This document shows, piece after piece, positions 10,917 through 25,525 of a stretch of 64,000 nt of DNA; within the stretch, counting starts at the first letter, position 1; every line of letters begins with the position of its first letter. The position numbers were made by a program, and so were the translations under genes. Source of the DNA: Tubulanus polymorphus (lineage: Eukaryota; Animalia; Nemertea); contig NC_134035.1 in NCBI RefSeq assembly GCF_964204645.1, forward strand, positions 5,084,001 to 5,148,000, read 5' to 3'. Under the pieces are notes generated by a model. The model saw only the letters and a list, made by a program, of their open reading frames with translations. It was not told the DNA's origin and searched no databases.

Positions 10917-13900
10917 TAACATTTTCCTTCATATATTTCAATGAATTGTTACAGAAAACAATTCTCATCTGTTACTGACAGCACTTTTCAGAGATTGGCA
11001 GCCCTGTACGTCGAATATTGGCACTCAATGAATCGCGATTCACCCGCCCGCGCACCTGAACATTGATTCATCTATCATACTAGTCGACTTTTACCTTTTT
11101 AAACGTAAGGGGAGACATTATATTCATTCTATACGTTTTTACTCCCACTCAGTTCAATAAATACGACTTCCAGGAACCGTACGTACGTTTATCCCTCCAG
11201 TGATCCGTCCGTCCGTCCACGTGCGCAGCGCCGTTGTGCGAGGAATAGTCTATTAAACCGGTTTATATTTAGGTGCGTTTCGTATCGTCGATTCCTCGTA
11301 TCAATAACGCTATTAACTTTTCTCTGATGAATAATAGAAAACAGCGAGAAATCTGACCTTTTTCTCGACTAGTTTTAGAAACTTGTTTTTCGAAATCGGA
11401 ATTTTTGAATCGTCGAAATACAAGGGGCGAAACGCGAAATGAGGGCGGTATTTTATTTTAGGTGTCACTCCTTTCCGGGAACGCGTGAAATGAAAAGCAG
11501 CCAGAAAATGAAAAGTGGGAGGATGTGTCGTTCGTACGTTTATTATTAGTTAAAAGGATTGAAAGAGAATGTCAAACGGATAGGTCGTTACTGAAAAAGA
11601 CGATGCTAAGATATTTGATTTGATAGTCGCTCGTACACCCCCGTTCCTTGTGACCACGTGTCGTTACGGTGATGAAATCGAACGGAAACGTCAAGGATAT
11701 CGCGATTAGTTTAAGGTGTTTGGGCGGGTGGGTCGAGGAAGCGTAGGAACGGTAAAAATGACCGAACGATAAGGATAAGATGAAATAATAACGAATCCTA
11801 GTCGGGACTCGGTCGGTTATTGATTAAGGATACGGAGAGACACTATAAGCATCGATCACACGTATATTTCAGTACCGTGCGTGGATCATCAATGACTAAA
11901 CTGTTCTACGAATACGAGAGCGCGGACTAATTTCGTGCTCCTCTCTCTCTCTCTCTAACCCCACTCACTCGCTCACCGTACTTCTTACTCAATCGTGACA
12001 CATGCAATCATTTTATAGATTGAACTGTGTATTATAGTATGATAGGCTCCTATCATTAAACACCGTGGGTTAGGTATTATGATGCATTCTTATTAAAAAC
12101 CCTAGGCTAGGAACTGATATATCGATTTCCAGTTCCGTGTTAAACTAAAGTCATGATTCGCCGGGTCTTTTAACCCGATTGGTTGATGACTTAACTCAAC
12201 TCCATTTTGCTCTATAGCCGACGGTTCAATAATTTTGGGGTTAAGGCCCAACACAACAGTGCCCCAGATATCTGTGTACCTTTACTACGTTAAGACTTTG
12301 TGAAGACTGTGGGAGCTCGGAGGAGATGGGGGAGCAAGCTATAGTCGTGTTGGGTCAGCTGTGCCCTCCCAGTGTCACTGTCTTCAATGTGTCCTGTCTT
12401 ATTCACACTGATTCATCATACTGTCTCTCTTCTCTCTCTCACTGCTCTCACTGAGTACAGAGCAGCAGCGTATGCTGTCATGGCTGGAGAGATTTAAGTG
12501 TGTTGTCTGCAGCTTGTGATTCATCATTCTACGCTTAATAGTTGCAGGGTACGAAAACAGTATCCAGAGCTCGAGCTGCCTCTCCCCACTCCCTCCTCTC
12601 CACACCCTGTCCTCCACTACCCTATCCTCCAATCCCTCTCATCCACTCCCTCTTTTCCACTCGCTTTACTCTTCCCCACTCCCTCTTCTCTCCCTCTCCA
12701 CTCTCTATCCTCTCCTTGACCCCCTCTTCCCCACTCCCTCATCCCCGCTCCCTTTCAACTGCTCCACCGCTTCCTCTTCTCCACTCCTCCTCTCCCTCTC
12801 CTCTTCTCCCTTGCCTCCCTCTTGTCTTCTCAGTTCCCCACATCCCTCTAAGAACCCTCTCATTCCCTCAGTTTTCGAGTCAAACGAGACTAATCCTAGT
12901 TAAATTGAAATTCAGTCCATTGGGACCGACCCGATAGTTGAAACAGAAAGCGATATTACCGTGAGCTATGAAGACTATTTTCGTTTTACAGTCGGAAGAT
13001 TTAGCTTTTACAATCGCTGATTTTAGATATTTCATTCACATGTGAATATTTGGTTTTGTCACCCTGTACTGTGTACGACACTACAATATAGAAACACTGG
13101 TCAGACGGATGAATTATATTGTTAATTGTAGTTTACTCTCTCTAGGGACGATTAATTGAATTAAGATATATCTAAATAGCAAAGGCAACGTGAACGCACC
13201 AATCAGCGGTTTAACATCCGATCAGCGCTGAAAACTGTGTCATCTATTTCAACTAGAGCTGCAGGCCCTGAATGCTACTGCAGGCCCTTGTGCCCTGAAT
13301 GCTATTGCAGGCCCACGTGCCTGACTGCTACTGTAGGCCCACATGCCCTGACTCGTACTACGGGCATATGTGCCCCTACTCTATATGAATGCCCACATGC
13401 CTGGATTCTTATCTGCAAGAACCTTAAGTTCTATGAGTGTAACTGCAGACCTACGTGCCCTAACTCTTAACTGCAGGCCCTCGAGCCCCAGTCACAAACA
13501 CTGCCCAGTTTTAGTTCGCTAGAAAACTGAACATTCTACAGGCCGGCGGCGCAAACAGGCTGCCGGCAAACTGAGCGGCATTCATACCGACAGTGATCTT
13601 GTATCGGAAAGATGTAACTGTTCACACAAATCATGCATGCAACCATCCTGCAATCAGGTTAACCCTTTGAAGTCAGACCGATACAGTTTTAACTTCTATT
13701 CAGGTATAGGTGGCCTTCAGCGTACCACAGTATCTGCTGTGCAATGTAAATTAACAGATTTGGGTACGTGTATTTCCACGCTAAAGGCTTAGACAAGACA
13801 GTTGCTCAGTACTGGATTAGAGACGCTGGTTGCTCAGGAAAGGATTAAGACTAATTATGCCCTCAATTCTTTCTATATAGTTGTTTAAAGGCTTAATATA

Positions 13901-14189
13901 AGTATCTGCTGCCATTGGGTTTAATTTGATAATATTACTGATATTTCTATTATCTGCTTTAGCTCTTTGATATTTTCTAATTGTCTGAATTTTGTATTGT
14001 ATTATTAAGTATCAAAGAACAATGTTTTTAAAGCGGTTTGCGCAAGACAAGACAGTGATTCGGTTTAATTTTATTATATCACTGATATTCATATTTCTAT
14101 TAGGCTACCTACAAAAACTCTTGAATACTTTCATGTATTTTCCAATTGTCTGAATTCTGTATTGTATGAGCTAACCCACTAAGCATCAT

Positions 14190-14388
14190 GAGGCGTTGGC
14201 CAAGCAGCTTAAGCCGCCTGTCACCCGTCTCGTCAATCCAGGGTTTATGCGTTTGAACCCTGGTGGCGACAGAGTTCCTCGGTTGAAGGTTCTTCTCCGG
14301 TCTCTCCCCCATTGGGAATTTTAAAGAAACATTGAACCCGCCTGGCGCTCAACGGGTTGACGGAATTTAAAAGAATGAAAAAAAAAAC
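14190..14388 (+). mobile_element. Probable tRNA-derived SINE
   Basis: A-box-like TGGCCAAGCAG, B-box-like GTTTGAACCC, A-rich tail. Confidence 0.5.
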
Positions 14389-15744
14389 AATAATTCATTG
14401 GATAATTCATTATATGTACATAACACGAAGGCAGTATATTATATACTGCCTGGCAAAATACTGAACCCCGCAGACGGTTGTTTTCAAAATGGCATCGTCG
14501 TCTTCATCGATTCTTGACCGCGACGAAGACAAACAAACATCCTCCTCCTTTTGTCTTTTATCATCCGAGTTTAAAAACGACTCTCGCGCGAAACACATGT
14601 CGTTTTCTCTCAGAACGGCTCGTCGTAGTATACCGTGCTGCCATCTGCGTTCGACTCGTCGAACTATCGAAAATGAACTCTACAAACTGAACTGAATGAA
14701 TCGTTAGTTAGCGATAACGCCGATAGATGGCGAACCGCGTACGACTATCACTTCGGAATAACTGAACGACGCGTATAGAACTCTTACGCGCAATTAGTCG
14801 TATGTACAACAGCGCGGCGATACTCGACTCATAAAACCGGGCAGTTTTTAAAAAGTATTTCCTCGCCGGCAATTAAAGGGTTAAAACGTAATGTAATTAT
14901 CGAGTCAATATTATTATCGCTTGTCATATATTACCATTATGCGCGTAGAACGTAGCAATTATCACGGTCGTGCCGGAGTCACAGAGCCGGGCGGTCGTCG
15001 GGTCTGCATTTTTAACGAATATCGCGATGATGATGATGATGATGACGACGATGTAATTTTCGAGTATATAATAATACCGCAGCCGTCATCATCTCAATCA
15101 TCGTATTGTGAAGGCTAGGTCATATATGAGTGAATGTGTGTACATACACGGCGTTAATGATAGCGGGATTGTTGCGTTTCCGCTACAACAGTACCGAATG
15201 AATGTGACCACGTCCTCTCTACGAGATTTAAAACTTCGCTCCGAGAAAAACCCCAGTTAATTTATGTGTCAAATATTGTTTCGTAATTTTCGTTACACCG
15301 ACCCGGACCTGTTTGTTTTATTCTGTCGGTAGATAATTGTTGTTTGAAGCGAATAACGATATAAAAAAAAAAGCTTTTTACTAAGTGCTGGAATGTTTAA
15401 CGATGTCCAGCGGGCCGGCGGCGGTTAAATGGATTAGCGATAAGCGAGGATAAGCGCGCTGTCAAGGTTTATCAGTGTAACTAGTGACAGTACGATGGAT
15501 TATCCTATACGCATTTGCAACATCGCATACATGTAAATACTTATCAACGCTTAATCGAATGGATTATCATATACACCTAATGGATTATCATATATATATC
15601 TAATGGATTATCGTATTTATCTCGTGGATTATCAAGTATAGTTTAACAATGTTATGATGATGCTTCAGGTAAAATGATGTTTAATGATTTTGTGTTTTTT
15701 TCTTGGCTGGTTAATTTTACTTGTAAGAGGGATACATTGTGTAG

Positions 15745-16035
15745 TACTGTCCCATACAGTGCATTGGTTGCTGTATCATATAGTGCGACATGCAGTCCCA
15801 TACAGTGCATTGGTTGCTGTCCCATACAGTGTTATATGCTGTCCCATACAGTGCATTGGTTGCTGTCCCATACAGTGTTATATGCTGTCCCATACAGTGC
15901 ATTGGTTGCTGTCCCATATAGTGTGATATGCTGTCCCATACAGTGCGTTGGTTGCTGTCCCATACAGTGCGTCGGTTGCTGTCCCATACAGTGCATTTGT
16001 GCTGTTCCATCGTCATGCTGTCCCCTACAGTGCGT
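15745..16035 (+). repeat. 21/24-bp minisatellite (GCTGTCCCATACAGTG...)
   Basis: Tandem units visible. Confidence 0.9.
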
Positions 16036-17580
16036 TGTGCTGTCCTGCAAAGCGCTGTCCGATGTCGCTGGAAAAACTCGGCCGTTTCCACAATTTGTGA
16101 TCGCTGAAAAATCATTCAGCGTCGAATAATGACTCGTCAGACTGCGTTATTACGCGCTAAACAAATACCACATTTGCATGCAGCCTTCGTCAGTCTGTCA
16201 GTCGGTCGGTCGGGGTGGTGTGGTTGTCGTGCAGAAATACAGGACAGCCTGTTTCCTGCGTTCTTACAAACATCAATTAGCACACGTAAGCATTTATCGA
16301 TGAGAAGGGGGCACACGATGCGTGCGCACGACGGTGTGCTACGGTGTGACTATAGTCACCATCGTCGATGTTAAGTGCTGTCAAACATTTCGATGGTTCG
16401 TTCGTTTGAATTAATTGAATTTCCGATGGTAATCGACTGTTTATTCCACGCCGACCGTTTTATAGTTTATAGCCCGGCGACGATGTATGTTTAAATAATC
16501 GTCTCTAAGCGTCTGTGTTTGTCTTTTTCTCACCGGTCGCAGCCGCTGTGATCGCAAGATGCAGCTGTATTAGGATGCAGCGGCGCTCGGACTCGACCGG
16601 GATTCAGTGATTTCATTTGAAAAATTTTATGTCACATGAAAAATCACATGGAAAACTTTTTTTCAGTTTTCAAGTGATTTTGGTCAGTTAGATACAACCG
16701 GCGGCCAGTGGATATGTGATGCTTGTCAGTTTACCCGTTTCGCTCAAGAACTCACTATAGAAGATTAAAAATTATTCCACTTTTCAAGTGATTACTCAAC
16801 TGACTTTTCAGCTGATTCCAATCGGTCAGTCTAGAGCCGCGATAACACAGGCCCAATTTGACTCGGGCCAAATCATCTCCGTGTCATCATCTCCGCTTAC
16901 ATCTTGACTTAATCGGTTGCTTAACAGGTGAAGGCTAGATGACCGAAACCAACTGGTCAAGTTATGCACATCATCGAGGTCGACTGGTCAGTTTGTGCGT
17001 ACATCCTGTTAGATTGATTGGTCAGTGTGTAAGGTAGATCGATCGCCACGCAGTTTGTGCTGAGGTGACACTTTTAACAAATAAGTTACTCATAAACCAC
17101 TGTCTACAAGAACGCGATAACTGCTATTGTAACGAAGGCTATTATTAAGGCTTTATGTTGAATTACGGAGTGCAGGACGACAGCAGGCGGAAGGAGTTGT
17201 GCGGTGATGGATCGCGGTACAAGCCAGGAGGGGGTGAATGGATGGATCCCGGTACGAGCCGGGGGAGGGGCAGAAGCGGGACTGAACGGATGATAGTTCC
17301 GTCTGGCGAAAATAAATGACAGTTGCGTTACTACGGAGACACGCGATATTTACACCTGTACAGTGACGTGATACATTCTCACAACTGACGTCATATCTGT
17401 TGATCTTAATGTCGCGGCCACGCAGTACAGTTCATATCCGTCAGGATTTTCTTAAGATTTCAGACAGGGAAGACGTACACCTTCCTCGTTGCATCACCTA
17501 TTTTACTGTAACGTATTTTTTTCAATCCGTTTATGAACTTGTCATTTGTTTGTTCTGATCTGATCAGAATTAAGTTCATA

Positions 17581-17870
17581 AGCCGTGGTCACATGGGGAC
17601 GATTTGGCTATGGATCAGACTCGAGCCAAATTTGGCGCGTGCCTAATTAGAGAGCGTGTTCACACGTAAACCACTAACTCAACACTAAACATTGCATAAA
17701 CAAAGCGAAGCAAGTCATTTCCGGAACCAGTTGCGATTCTAACGCGAGCATTTGTGCCGTGCTAGAATTTAGCTCGGACTTGTCCGAGGTTATCGTTGGG
17801 CCAAGTTTGGCCAAACAGGTTTGGGTCCTGTTGGCACCGGTGTGAACGGTTGTTCCAGGCCAAATTTGTC
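17581..17870 (+). mobile_element. MITE family B, diverged copy
   Basis: Colinear with 27073-27387 (gacgatttggc, caaagcgaag, cggaaccagttgc). Confidence 0.7.
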
Positions 17871-20800
17871 TTAATCCTTGATGTTTGTCGTTAATTATTA
17901 GATTGGTTGTTAAAACAGTTTTATGAAAATAGTCGAGTCTTGACAGTGTAAACGGCCGCACAGTTCTGAATTACATTTGAAATTAGGTTCAAAGTTACGA
18001 CTGTCGAAGTGGAACTAGGTCTATAGGGCTCGGTTTAATGAAGTAGGCTTTTTTACTAAATCTTATTATTCCGATTTGGAGAAGACATTTAAAAGAATCG
18101 CGCAAGGTTAATTACGTCGATCGAATGTCGCGAAGACATTAAACAATATTACCGGTACTAGATTGAATAGACGTCGAACTCTGCTCGATGCTGGGTGTAA
18201 ATTTTCATTAAGCCGCCCGACGTAAAAGTACAAAATGACAATTATTATCAGTCGCCTCGTGCGACGATGAGGCCGTCGTTTCTCGTTCGGTCGTGACGCG
18301 ACGGCGCAGGTGAATTCGACGCCGATTTATTGCGACGTCGTTTCGAACGTCGTCGCCGAAGAAAAATCGTAAATCACGCTCGATAGTTCGCCGCGTCGTC
18401 ACGACGATCATTCGCTTATCGCGTTATAGTCTTTTAAGGTTTTGTTTTTATTTTTTTCAAGATTTTTTTCGTATTTGCGAAAAATTTATTTCTTCGTAAT
18501 CTGCGAGTGAAATTGTAATCGAATCGAATACAGCTCCCCGTGACCTCCTCCCTGAAAAATGATATGTAGGAATAAGATGCCTTGCTCCGTCTGACTGGTA
18601 GGCCTACCGTATCAGATATACATGCGTATAGGCATAGGCCTACTAGGTTAAGCTATGTTCCCTGTAAATATGGGTGCTGTTAACCCTTTGATCGCTATGT
18701 GCGATGAAAACTTCACAGAGAACATGTTTTGCCACAAAACAAAACCTTACAAATTTAAGGTTTATCTAGTTGCGCCGTCAAACGAGTCATTGTCGTAGGA
18801 GAAAATATTGTTCGCGCTAGATGGAAAAAACATCCACATTTGAATACGGAGAACCTTGTTGAAATGTTTTTTGGTTTCCAATAACAGACGAGTGGGTGTC
18901 TATCTTCACAGACTGGAAACCCACGTTCGAATACCGTAAAAGCGGCTTCGACTCTTTTTATAGAGAAAACTATGAAAGTTATTTCAACGATTCAATTCAA
19001 TAGCTATCAGACGTTTTCAAAGCCCAATGTATCGTAACAACAATAGTCGATCGTTTAAGGTAATGTCTGGTTATTCACTTCTCGTTGGAAATAGTTTTTT
19101 AAAGTTTTATTGTTTTATATTTGCCGAAAACATGCAGCCACCATTTACAACTTTGAATAGAACCTCTAAATGAAAGCAGCCTCTCCCCACTACCCCGGGA
19201 AAAACAAATGGTGCTTAGATGTTTTTCAGGGTTCTTCAGATTAAGTTCTGCGCGGAATAAGTGAATGTTTATGGCGGTTATTAACGATTTTCATCTCGGC
19301 GACCGACCGACGACCGGCGGCGAGCGGTAGAGAGAGAGAGAGAGAAATCAATCGATCGAACTGAAAACAAGTGTCCATATTCTATCTGTACGTATAGTTC
19401 AGTGACTAGGAGAAGGAGAATGATGAGGAGGATGAGGAATTATCCGACCAGAAATCCGATTCGTATCATCGGTCTGATCTACGAACGTCGATCGTTTCCG
19501 CTGCTTATGATGTCAGATTTGGAATTATAGTCGCGGACTAAATCCGTTTGTGAATAGTTTCTATAAATCTCCCCCCTCTCTTATCCGCTCCCTATCTCTC
19601 ATCTCCCCCTCTCTCCCACTCCGCTACTTCCCCGTCTCTTTTTATACACCAGCGCTCTCTATCTCTCCCTGTCTATCTATTCCTTTCTCTGCTCTCACCT
19701 CTCCACCCTTTCCCTAGTTCTTCTCTGGTTCTCTCCACTCTCCCCTCCTCTCCTCTCCTTCCTCCCCTCTCTCCCCCACGAAGACGATTTTTGCTTAATT
19801 TTCCAATTTCATTTGCTTGAGTTGCAATGATATGAAATATCACACCCCGCTACCCCCTAGCTGCACACGTCCCCCTACCCCCACTTACCCCCTACTGCTC
19901 TATCCCTCACCCTAGCCTCTTTGTAGTGTCTATTCCACTTTCCCTTCTCTGCTCTCACCTCTACCCTATCACTGTTTTTCTCCGTAGCTCTCTTGTCTTC
20001 TCTCTTCTCTCACCCTTTCGTCTGACCCTCTCCCCGTATTTCTTCCCCCTCACCCGTTCTTCTCTCCCCTCCGCCTCCTCCCCTCTCTCCGCTCTCTTCT
20101 CTTTCGAAGACGATCGAGCTAAATTTTCCGATTTCATTCGCTCGAGTTTCACCGATGCGACGCATCATAACCGGCGACCCCCTAGCTGTAACCCTCCCCT
20201 GACCACACCCCCCCTCCAGCGTCATTACAGAATTTGAGGATATGTTTGTATTGGAATGATAATTTATGAATGAATTACACGATTGTTCGATGTACCGCGC
20301 GTTCATCCATCGATGCAGAATTATCGAACAGTTTGCGAATAAATATGTACACGACGATAAGACGATTTATATGGTTCGTTTCGACGTGGCTAGTCGTATA
20401 GCGGCCGTATTGAATTATGCATTTAAACGGCCGCTTCATTCCGGCTTCATTCGAAACGAAGGTGCGAAATTTATTAACGCCGGTGCGCCGCCGAGTGATT
20501 TACACGTCGTTTCAGTTGTAAAGCGGCCGCGTTGAATTATAAATGGAGACACGCGGACACTTCGTTACAATTAGTCTCGTGAAGATCGGTGTTATTAATG
20601 CGCGATAGTTAGCTGTATTAATGAACGCGGATCTGATATCATCCGCTCTCAATCCCTCCTCTCTCTCTACTGCCTCTCAATCGCATCCCCTGTCGCTGTA
20701 CCTTTTGATCCCCTATGTCTACCCACTCCCGCCTGCCTACTTTCACGATCCGCTGTTCATTTAGTCCTTCCTACAAAATTGTCTATGTTATGTTTCATTA

Positions 20801-22770
20801 TGATTCAAATGTTTGATCTCTCGTGCGGATATTTTTTTTTCAAATCTTGCGCGCGAGGAGAGACTGGTACAGACAGACTGTAGAGCCCAGGTATATTCCG
20901 ATAATAGCTACAGAGTTCAATGCGTGATTTATGTGATTCTAATTACCTTCAATTACTCGCATGAGTCAAGTTATAAAAACCATGAGAGGGAGAGAGAGAG
21001 AGAGGGAGCAGAGATGGGGAGAGAGAGCAGAGAGAAGGAGGGAGAGAGAAGAGCCATGTAGGGTATGTACACCTGGATGGTTTTTCATCCTCAACAGTTC
21101 TTAGTTTGATATATAACTAGTTAACTGCATCGTCATCATCATCGTCATCACTGCTGCAGCATCATCATCGTCACTGCCGCAGCAGCAGCAGCAGCATCAT
21201 CTTTCCTCGACACCACCGACGATCATAGACGGCAACAACAACTACCTCTCGTCGTCGACGGCAACGGTGTGTGTGCGTGTGGAAGCGATTCATTCATTCA
21301 TCGGTTAACCGTTGGTTCGTTAGCACCGGCGGAGTACCGACCGGAGTAGCGCCGGAGCAGAGAGTGGTTCTCCTGGAAAAAAGAGACGACATTTCTAATT
21401 GATCGGCGTGTTTTAATTGACATGCGTTGATTAATCATCGCGTCGATTTTAACGAACGAAATTGAATTTTTGGCGCTTATTCCCGTGTTGAGTGGAAAAC
21501 TCGTCATTAAAAGTTCACCGAAATATATCGAGGATCGAAAATCAGGTTTTTCGCGGATCGGAACGAACGAAATTCAACTCAGTTTTGTTCACTTTTTCCG
21601 CTGCTAGTGGTTTTAATCATGTGTTTTTAGTGAATATTTATACGACGAACTGCGTGGTCATAAACGCGCGATCGTTTCAGCGGTTTCGAGCGTCTGCTAT
21701 ATACAATAAATGCCCGTACTCGTATCGGGGTCCGACGCGAAAAATAGCGCGAACAATTTTCCGAACAATCGTTGGATATATCGCTGAAGAAATCGTCGCG
21801 ACCGAATAAGAAATATAAAGAATTATCGGCGTTCTCTCTCGAAGAAGCTGAAGATAAACGGCGGGTGGTCTCTATAAGTCTCGGCAAGAGATAATCATCG
21901 TAAAATATGAACAAATCTAATTTCAGGAGCAGAATTCTACCGTCGATTCTGCGTTCGTATCTTTACTACGGGATAACCTGATATATAGTCGATGATTTAC
22001 CGACTCGAGACTCGCGCGCGCGAAGAAACAAATAGTTGTCATTTTGTTCGTTGCGAATTTCTTGCATGCGCGTTTTTTTTTTTTAGCCCGACCGTATTTC
22101 TTGGAATCGAGAAATTATTGAATAAGGTATCGTTGAAATACGGAGTCAATGTTATTGAATCCGCGCTGTTGAAATAACGAGTCATCCATCGTTTGACGGA
22201 CATTTTATCTGGGATGCCACGAGACGTACCGGGTTGTCTGTGACAGAACTAAAATCCATCGTCTCGGTTTTGTCGTTGAATTCCGTCCAATCGTAACGCG
22301 AGTCGTCGTCGTTTGTCGCATCAATTAACGCCGACGTTTTATCGTAATTAGATTAAAATCGTCTGCCGTCGATGAATTTAAACGGTTTTGAACTCGCGTA
22401 AAACGGCGTTTCTAGCGTTTGCAAACTTGTCGGCTTAATTAACTTTAGTGGAGTGCGAAGAACTGATTTTTACCGGGAGATCAATTTGTCGGAATGTTTT
22501 TGTATAGTCGGGAAATATTTTCACTGGAATAAACGTACGAGCGACAAAACTGAATAAAACGTCGCGTCGGCGTCAACAGAAAATTGGTCCGTTTACCGGA
22601 AGTTTTTTACAGCGAGAATCAGAATCGCTAATTTGGAATTACGTCTGATGGGAAACTAGACGGCATATCGTCGTAACTAGTCAGTCGTAGTCTTTATTCG
22701 TAAGGTCGTATATGAAAATCGGCGGCGATCGTTGATTCGTTTTTTGCGTTCGTCAAAAGCGACGGTTAAA

Positions 22771-22920
22771 ATGCCGGCGTCGTCGGTCAGGATGACCGGC
22801 TCTTCGAATCGAATGTCGTCGAAAAACGGCTTCAATTTGGATTTACATTTACGCGACGTCGAAACGGTGAAGTCGTTCGTACGGAATCACAGCGATGAGT
22901 ATATTAAACGTTTTCTCTAT
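22771..22920 (+). CDS. Candidate alternative first coding exon of liprin-alpha (MPASSVRMTG...DEYIKRFLY)
   Basis: aaaATG, 50 open codons, phase-0 gtacgt donor, at the 3' edge of a 1.7 kb CpG-rich block. Confidence 0.45.
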
Positions 22921-23193
22921 GTACGTATTTTACTACTTAGACTCTTGTATTAGACTTTAATAGACTTAAGTATATAGAAAATTTACTACATCTCCTATTT
23001 GAGGAATTTAGGGCACATTCAGACTCGTGCGAGATTCTAAATTGTACCTATTTCACTCTTGATACTCATGTTCTATAGTGTAGACCTAAGTGCATAGACC
23101 ATTACTATACGTTCCTTGTTTGATGATTTGAGGAATTTAGGGCACATTCAAATTCGCAAGATTCAAATTGTAACTCTTCACTGTGGAGACATG

Positions 23194-23433
23194 AGCCGCG
23201 ATCACACGGAGACGATTTTTGACCCGCGCCGGATAAGGCAAATTTGGCCCATATTTAATTAGCGTGTTCATGTACGTAAACCACTCACTAGATACTAAAC
23301 AATGCTTAAACGAAGTGAGTCATTTCTGGAACCAGTTGCAATTCAAACGCAATTATTTGTCTTATGGTAAAATTTGGTTTGGTACAGTTCGACGTTTTTG
23401 GTCGGGCCGAATTTGGCTCGTGCAATCGCGGCT
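23194..23433 (+). mobile_element. MITE family B copy
   Basis: agccgcgatcacac ... atcgcggct termini; interior shared with 27073-27387. Confidence 0.7.
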
Positions 23434-25374
23434 ACGGTGCGGGGCTTCAACCTACGGATCGGCTCGGATAAACCCTGTTGATGCGCACCTGCGATCAGTT
23501 CGGCCTGTGTTTAAACCGGGCTGTGCGTTGAGGTGCCTTTAGGTTTTTCGGGGGGTTTGAGTTTAAACTAGTGTAAATTAATCTATGAAAAAATCCCCAT
23601 TTAGGAAGTATAACTAGTAGAAGAGCTGCTTATATGCTATGGGGCGTTTTCAAAATTCAAAATGTTTGGAAAATGGCTCATAACAATCGTTCATTAGTCT
23701 AAAGAACTCGCCTCAGTTCGAGTCGCCCGCCGTGCAAAAGTTGAAACTGAAATAACGAAGAAAGAGGCTTTGCCTAGAATGGCAGATGGGCGTTCATGCC
23801 ATCTGAATGTTATCGAACAGAAATTAGAATATAATCAGTTGAAATATCAGCGGCGATGGTGGTACTGACTGACTGTGTGTAAGTTGTTGCGGTGGTGGTA
23901 TGTATCTTGTGTTATGATCGCTGCCGCAACAACCTCAACAACCTCAACGATGAGATCGGAATTTTGAAAAGCTTTATCGCGTTGTCATTCTAGACACCGC
24001 TGCCGCCTCCGCCGACGATGAAGATTCATGCCGCTGATATCGTCGCCAGTTTCGTGGTGGTTATAAATATTTGTCTTGAATTAAACGATTACGATATTGT
24101 TTTTCGTTCGGTGACTTCGAGGTGCCGTAGAGAAAGCCGGTCTGAGGAGCAGGGCTGCGTAGATCTCGATCTGGACCAGTAATTCGAGCGTCGGGTTAAA
24201 CATGAGTCGCAGGGTAGGTCGACCTGTGACAACACGATCGCTTGCAACTGGTCGCTAATGTAGGTCGACCGCTATGTCAGTGATGTTGTGCGACTAGTCT
24301 CAGGAGCAGCGTATATTGATAGTGACCGGAGAGCCGGTTGTGTTATGTTTGTTTGAATGTTTTGGCTTTACGTCGCTTGGATCTCGGTTTCCCGAGACTA
24401 ACCCTATTGGATTATGTTGGAACAAAGTGCGACTTGTGCGACCGGTATTGCTAGACGTTGCAGCCAGGGCCACCTTCGGTTATCGGAGTTAGTCGACTAT
24501 AGTCGAACTAAATGAAACCGAATCTCCGTTAGTCGGATCTATAGTCCGGAAATGGTCGACCACGCAATTGAGCATGGTCGCTATAGTTCGGACCTAGGTT
24601 CAAGATGTGAAATACGTTACGACCGAAGTATATTGTGTTCGGTTATTAGTTCCGACCACTAGTCAACTAGCTACGAAAACCGAAGTTGGCCCTGTGCGTA
24701 GGTTGACGGGTTGCAACACGTCACTGGCTGCGCCTAGCTTTACTCTAACTGTCACTAATATGCTTTGTTTCTACGGTATTTTTTTCTCGTGTCTGGATGA
24801 AATGTTCGTAGTTATTCGCACAAATCTCAACCAGTCCGGCGCTCATGTGTTCTCGGGGTTAGTTAATTAGTTGACGCTTCTGATGATAATAATAGGACTG
24901 TGGAACTCGGAAACGGTCGCTAGATCAGACGGAATTCTGATTAGGCGTTAATTACTCTCTGACATCGACAACAACGATGGTAGCTGTTAGAAAGTAGACG
25001 CTAGTCGACACCGGTCAACTCCGGTCGACGCCGGTCAACCGGTGCGTGTCAATATAACTTCAATTAACTTCGGCTAATCGTTGTCAATACTTCATTAAAA
25101 TTGCTCACTTCACCGGAGCACCGTTTGGCCGCGACAGCCTCGTCGATTGCGGACGCAACTCGGATTTGTCATGTCATCCGTGCTGCAGATCAGCGCTCGT
25201 ACTCCGATCTATCAATTCTGAAATCAATCAAACCAGGACGTTTAAAAGATGGCCACTTCCTAAATCCTCCTTTGACGTCATCAAGTCGTCTGCCAACGAT
25301 TTCATCATCTGATCCTCCACTAAGCATCAAATCGTTAAACAATTCACTTTGATGAAGTAGTAAGGGGATGTATA

Positions 25375-25525
25375 TAGTGGAACCTCGTTACAATGAACTT
25401 CACGGGACCAGAAAATCTGTTCGTTATAACCGATAGTTCGTTATATCCAGTATGAAAATAATTAGATTTTTATTTCATCCGATGAATCATTGTATCTGCG
25501 AGTTCGTTGCGACGTGATTCCACTG
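25375..25525. mobile_element. Tc1/mariner-pogo-type MITE
   Basis: (c/t)agtggaacctcg ... gattccactg termini flanked by TA. Confidence 0.65.

Noticed and set aside
15674-16129. Cys-rich ORF (CCPIQC repeats), metallothionein- or keratin-associated-like
   Set aside because: Derived from a 21/24-bp minisatellite open on both strands
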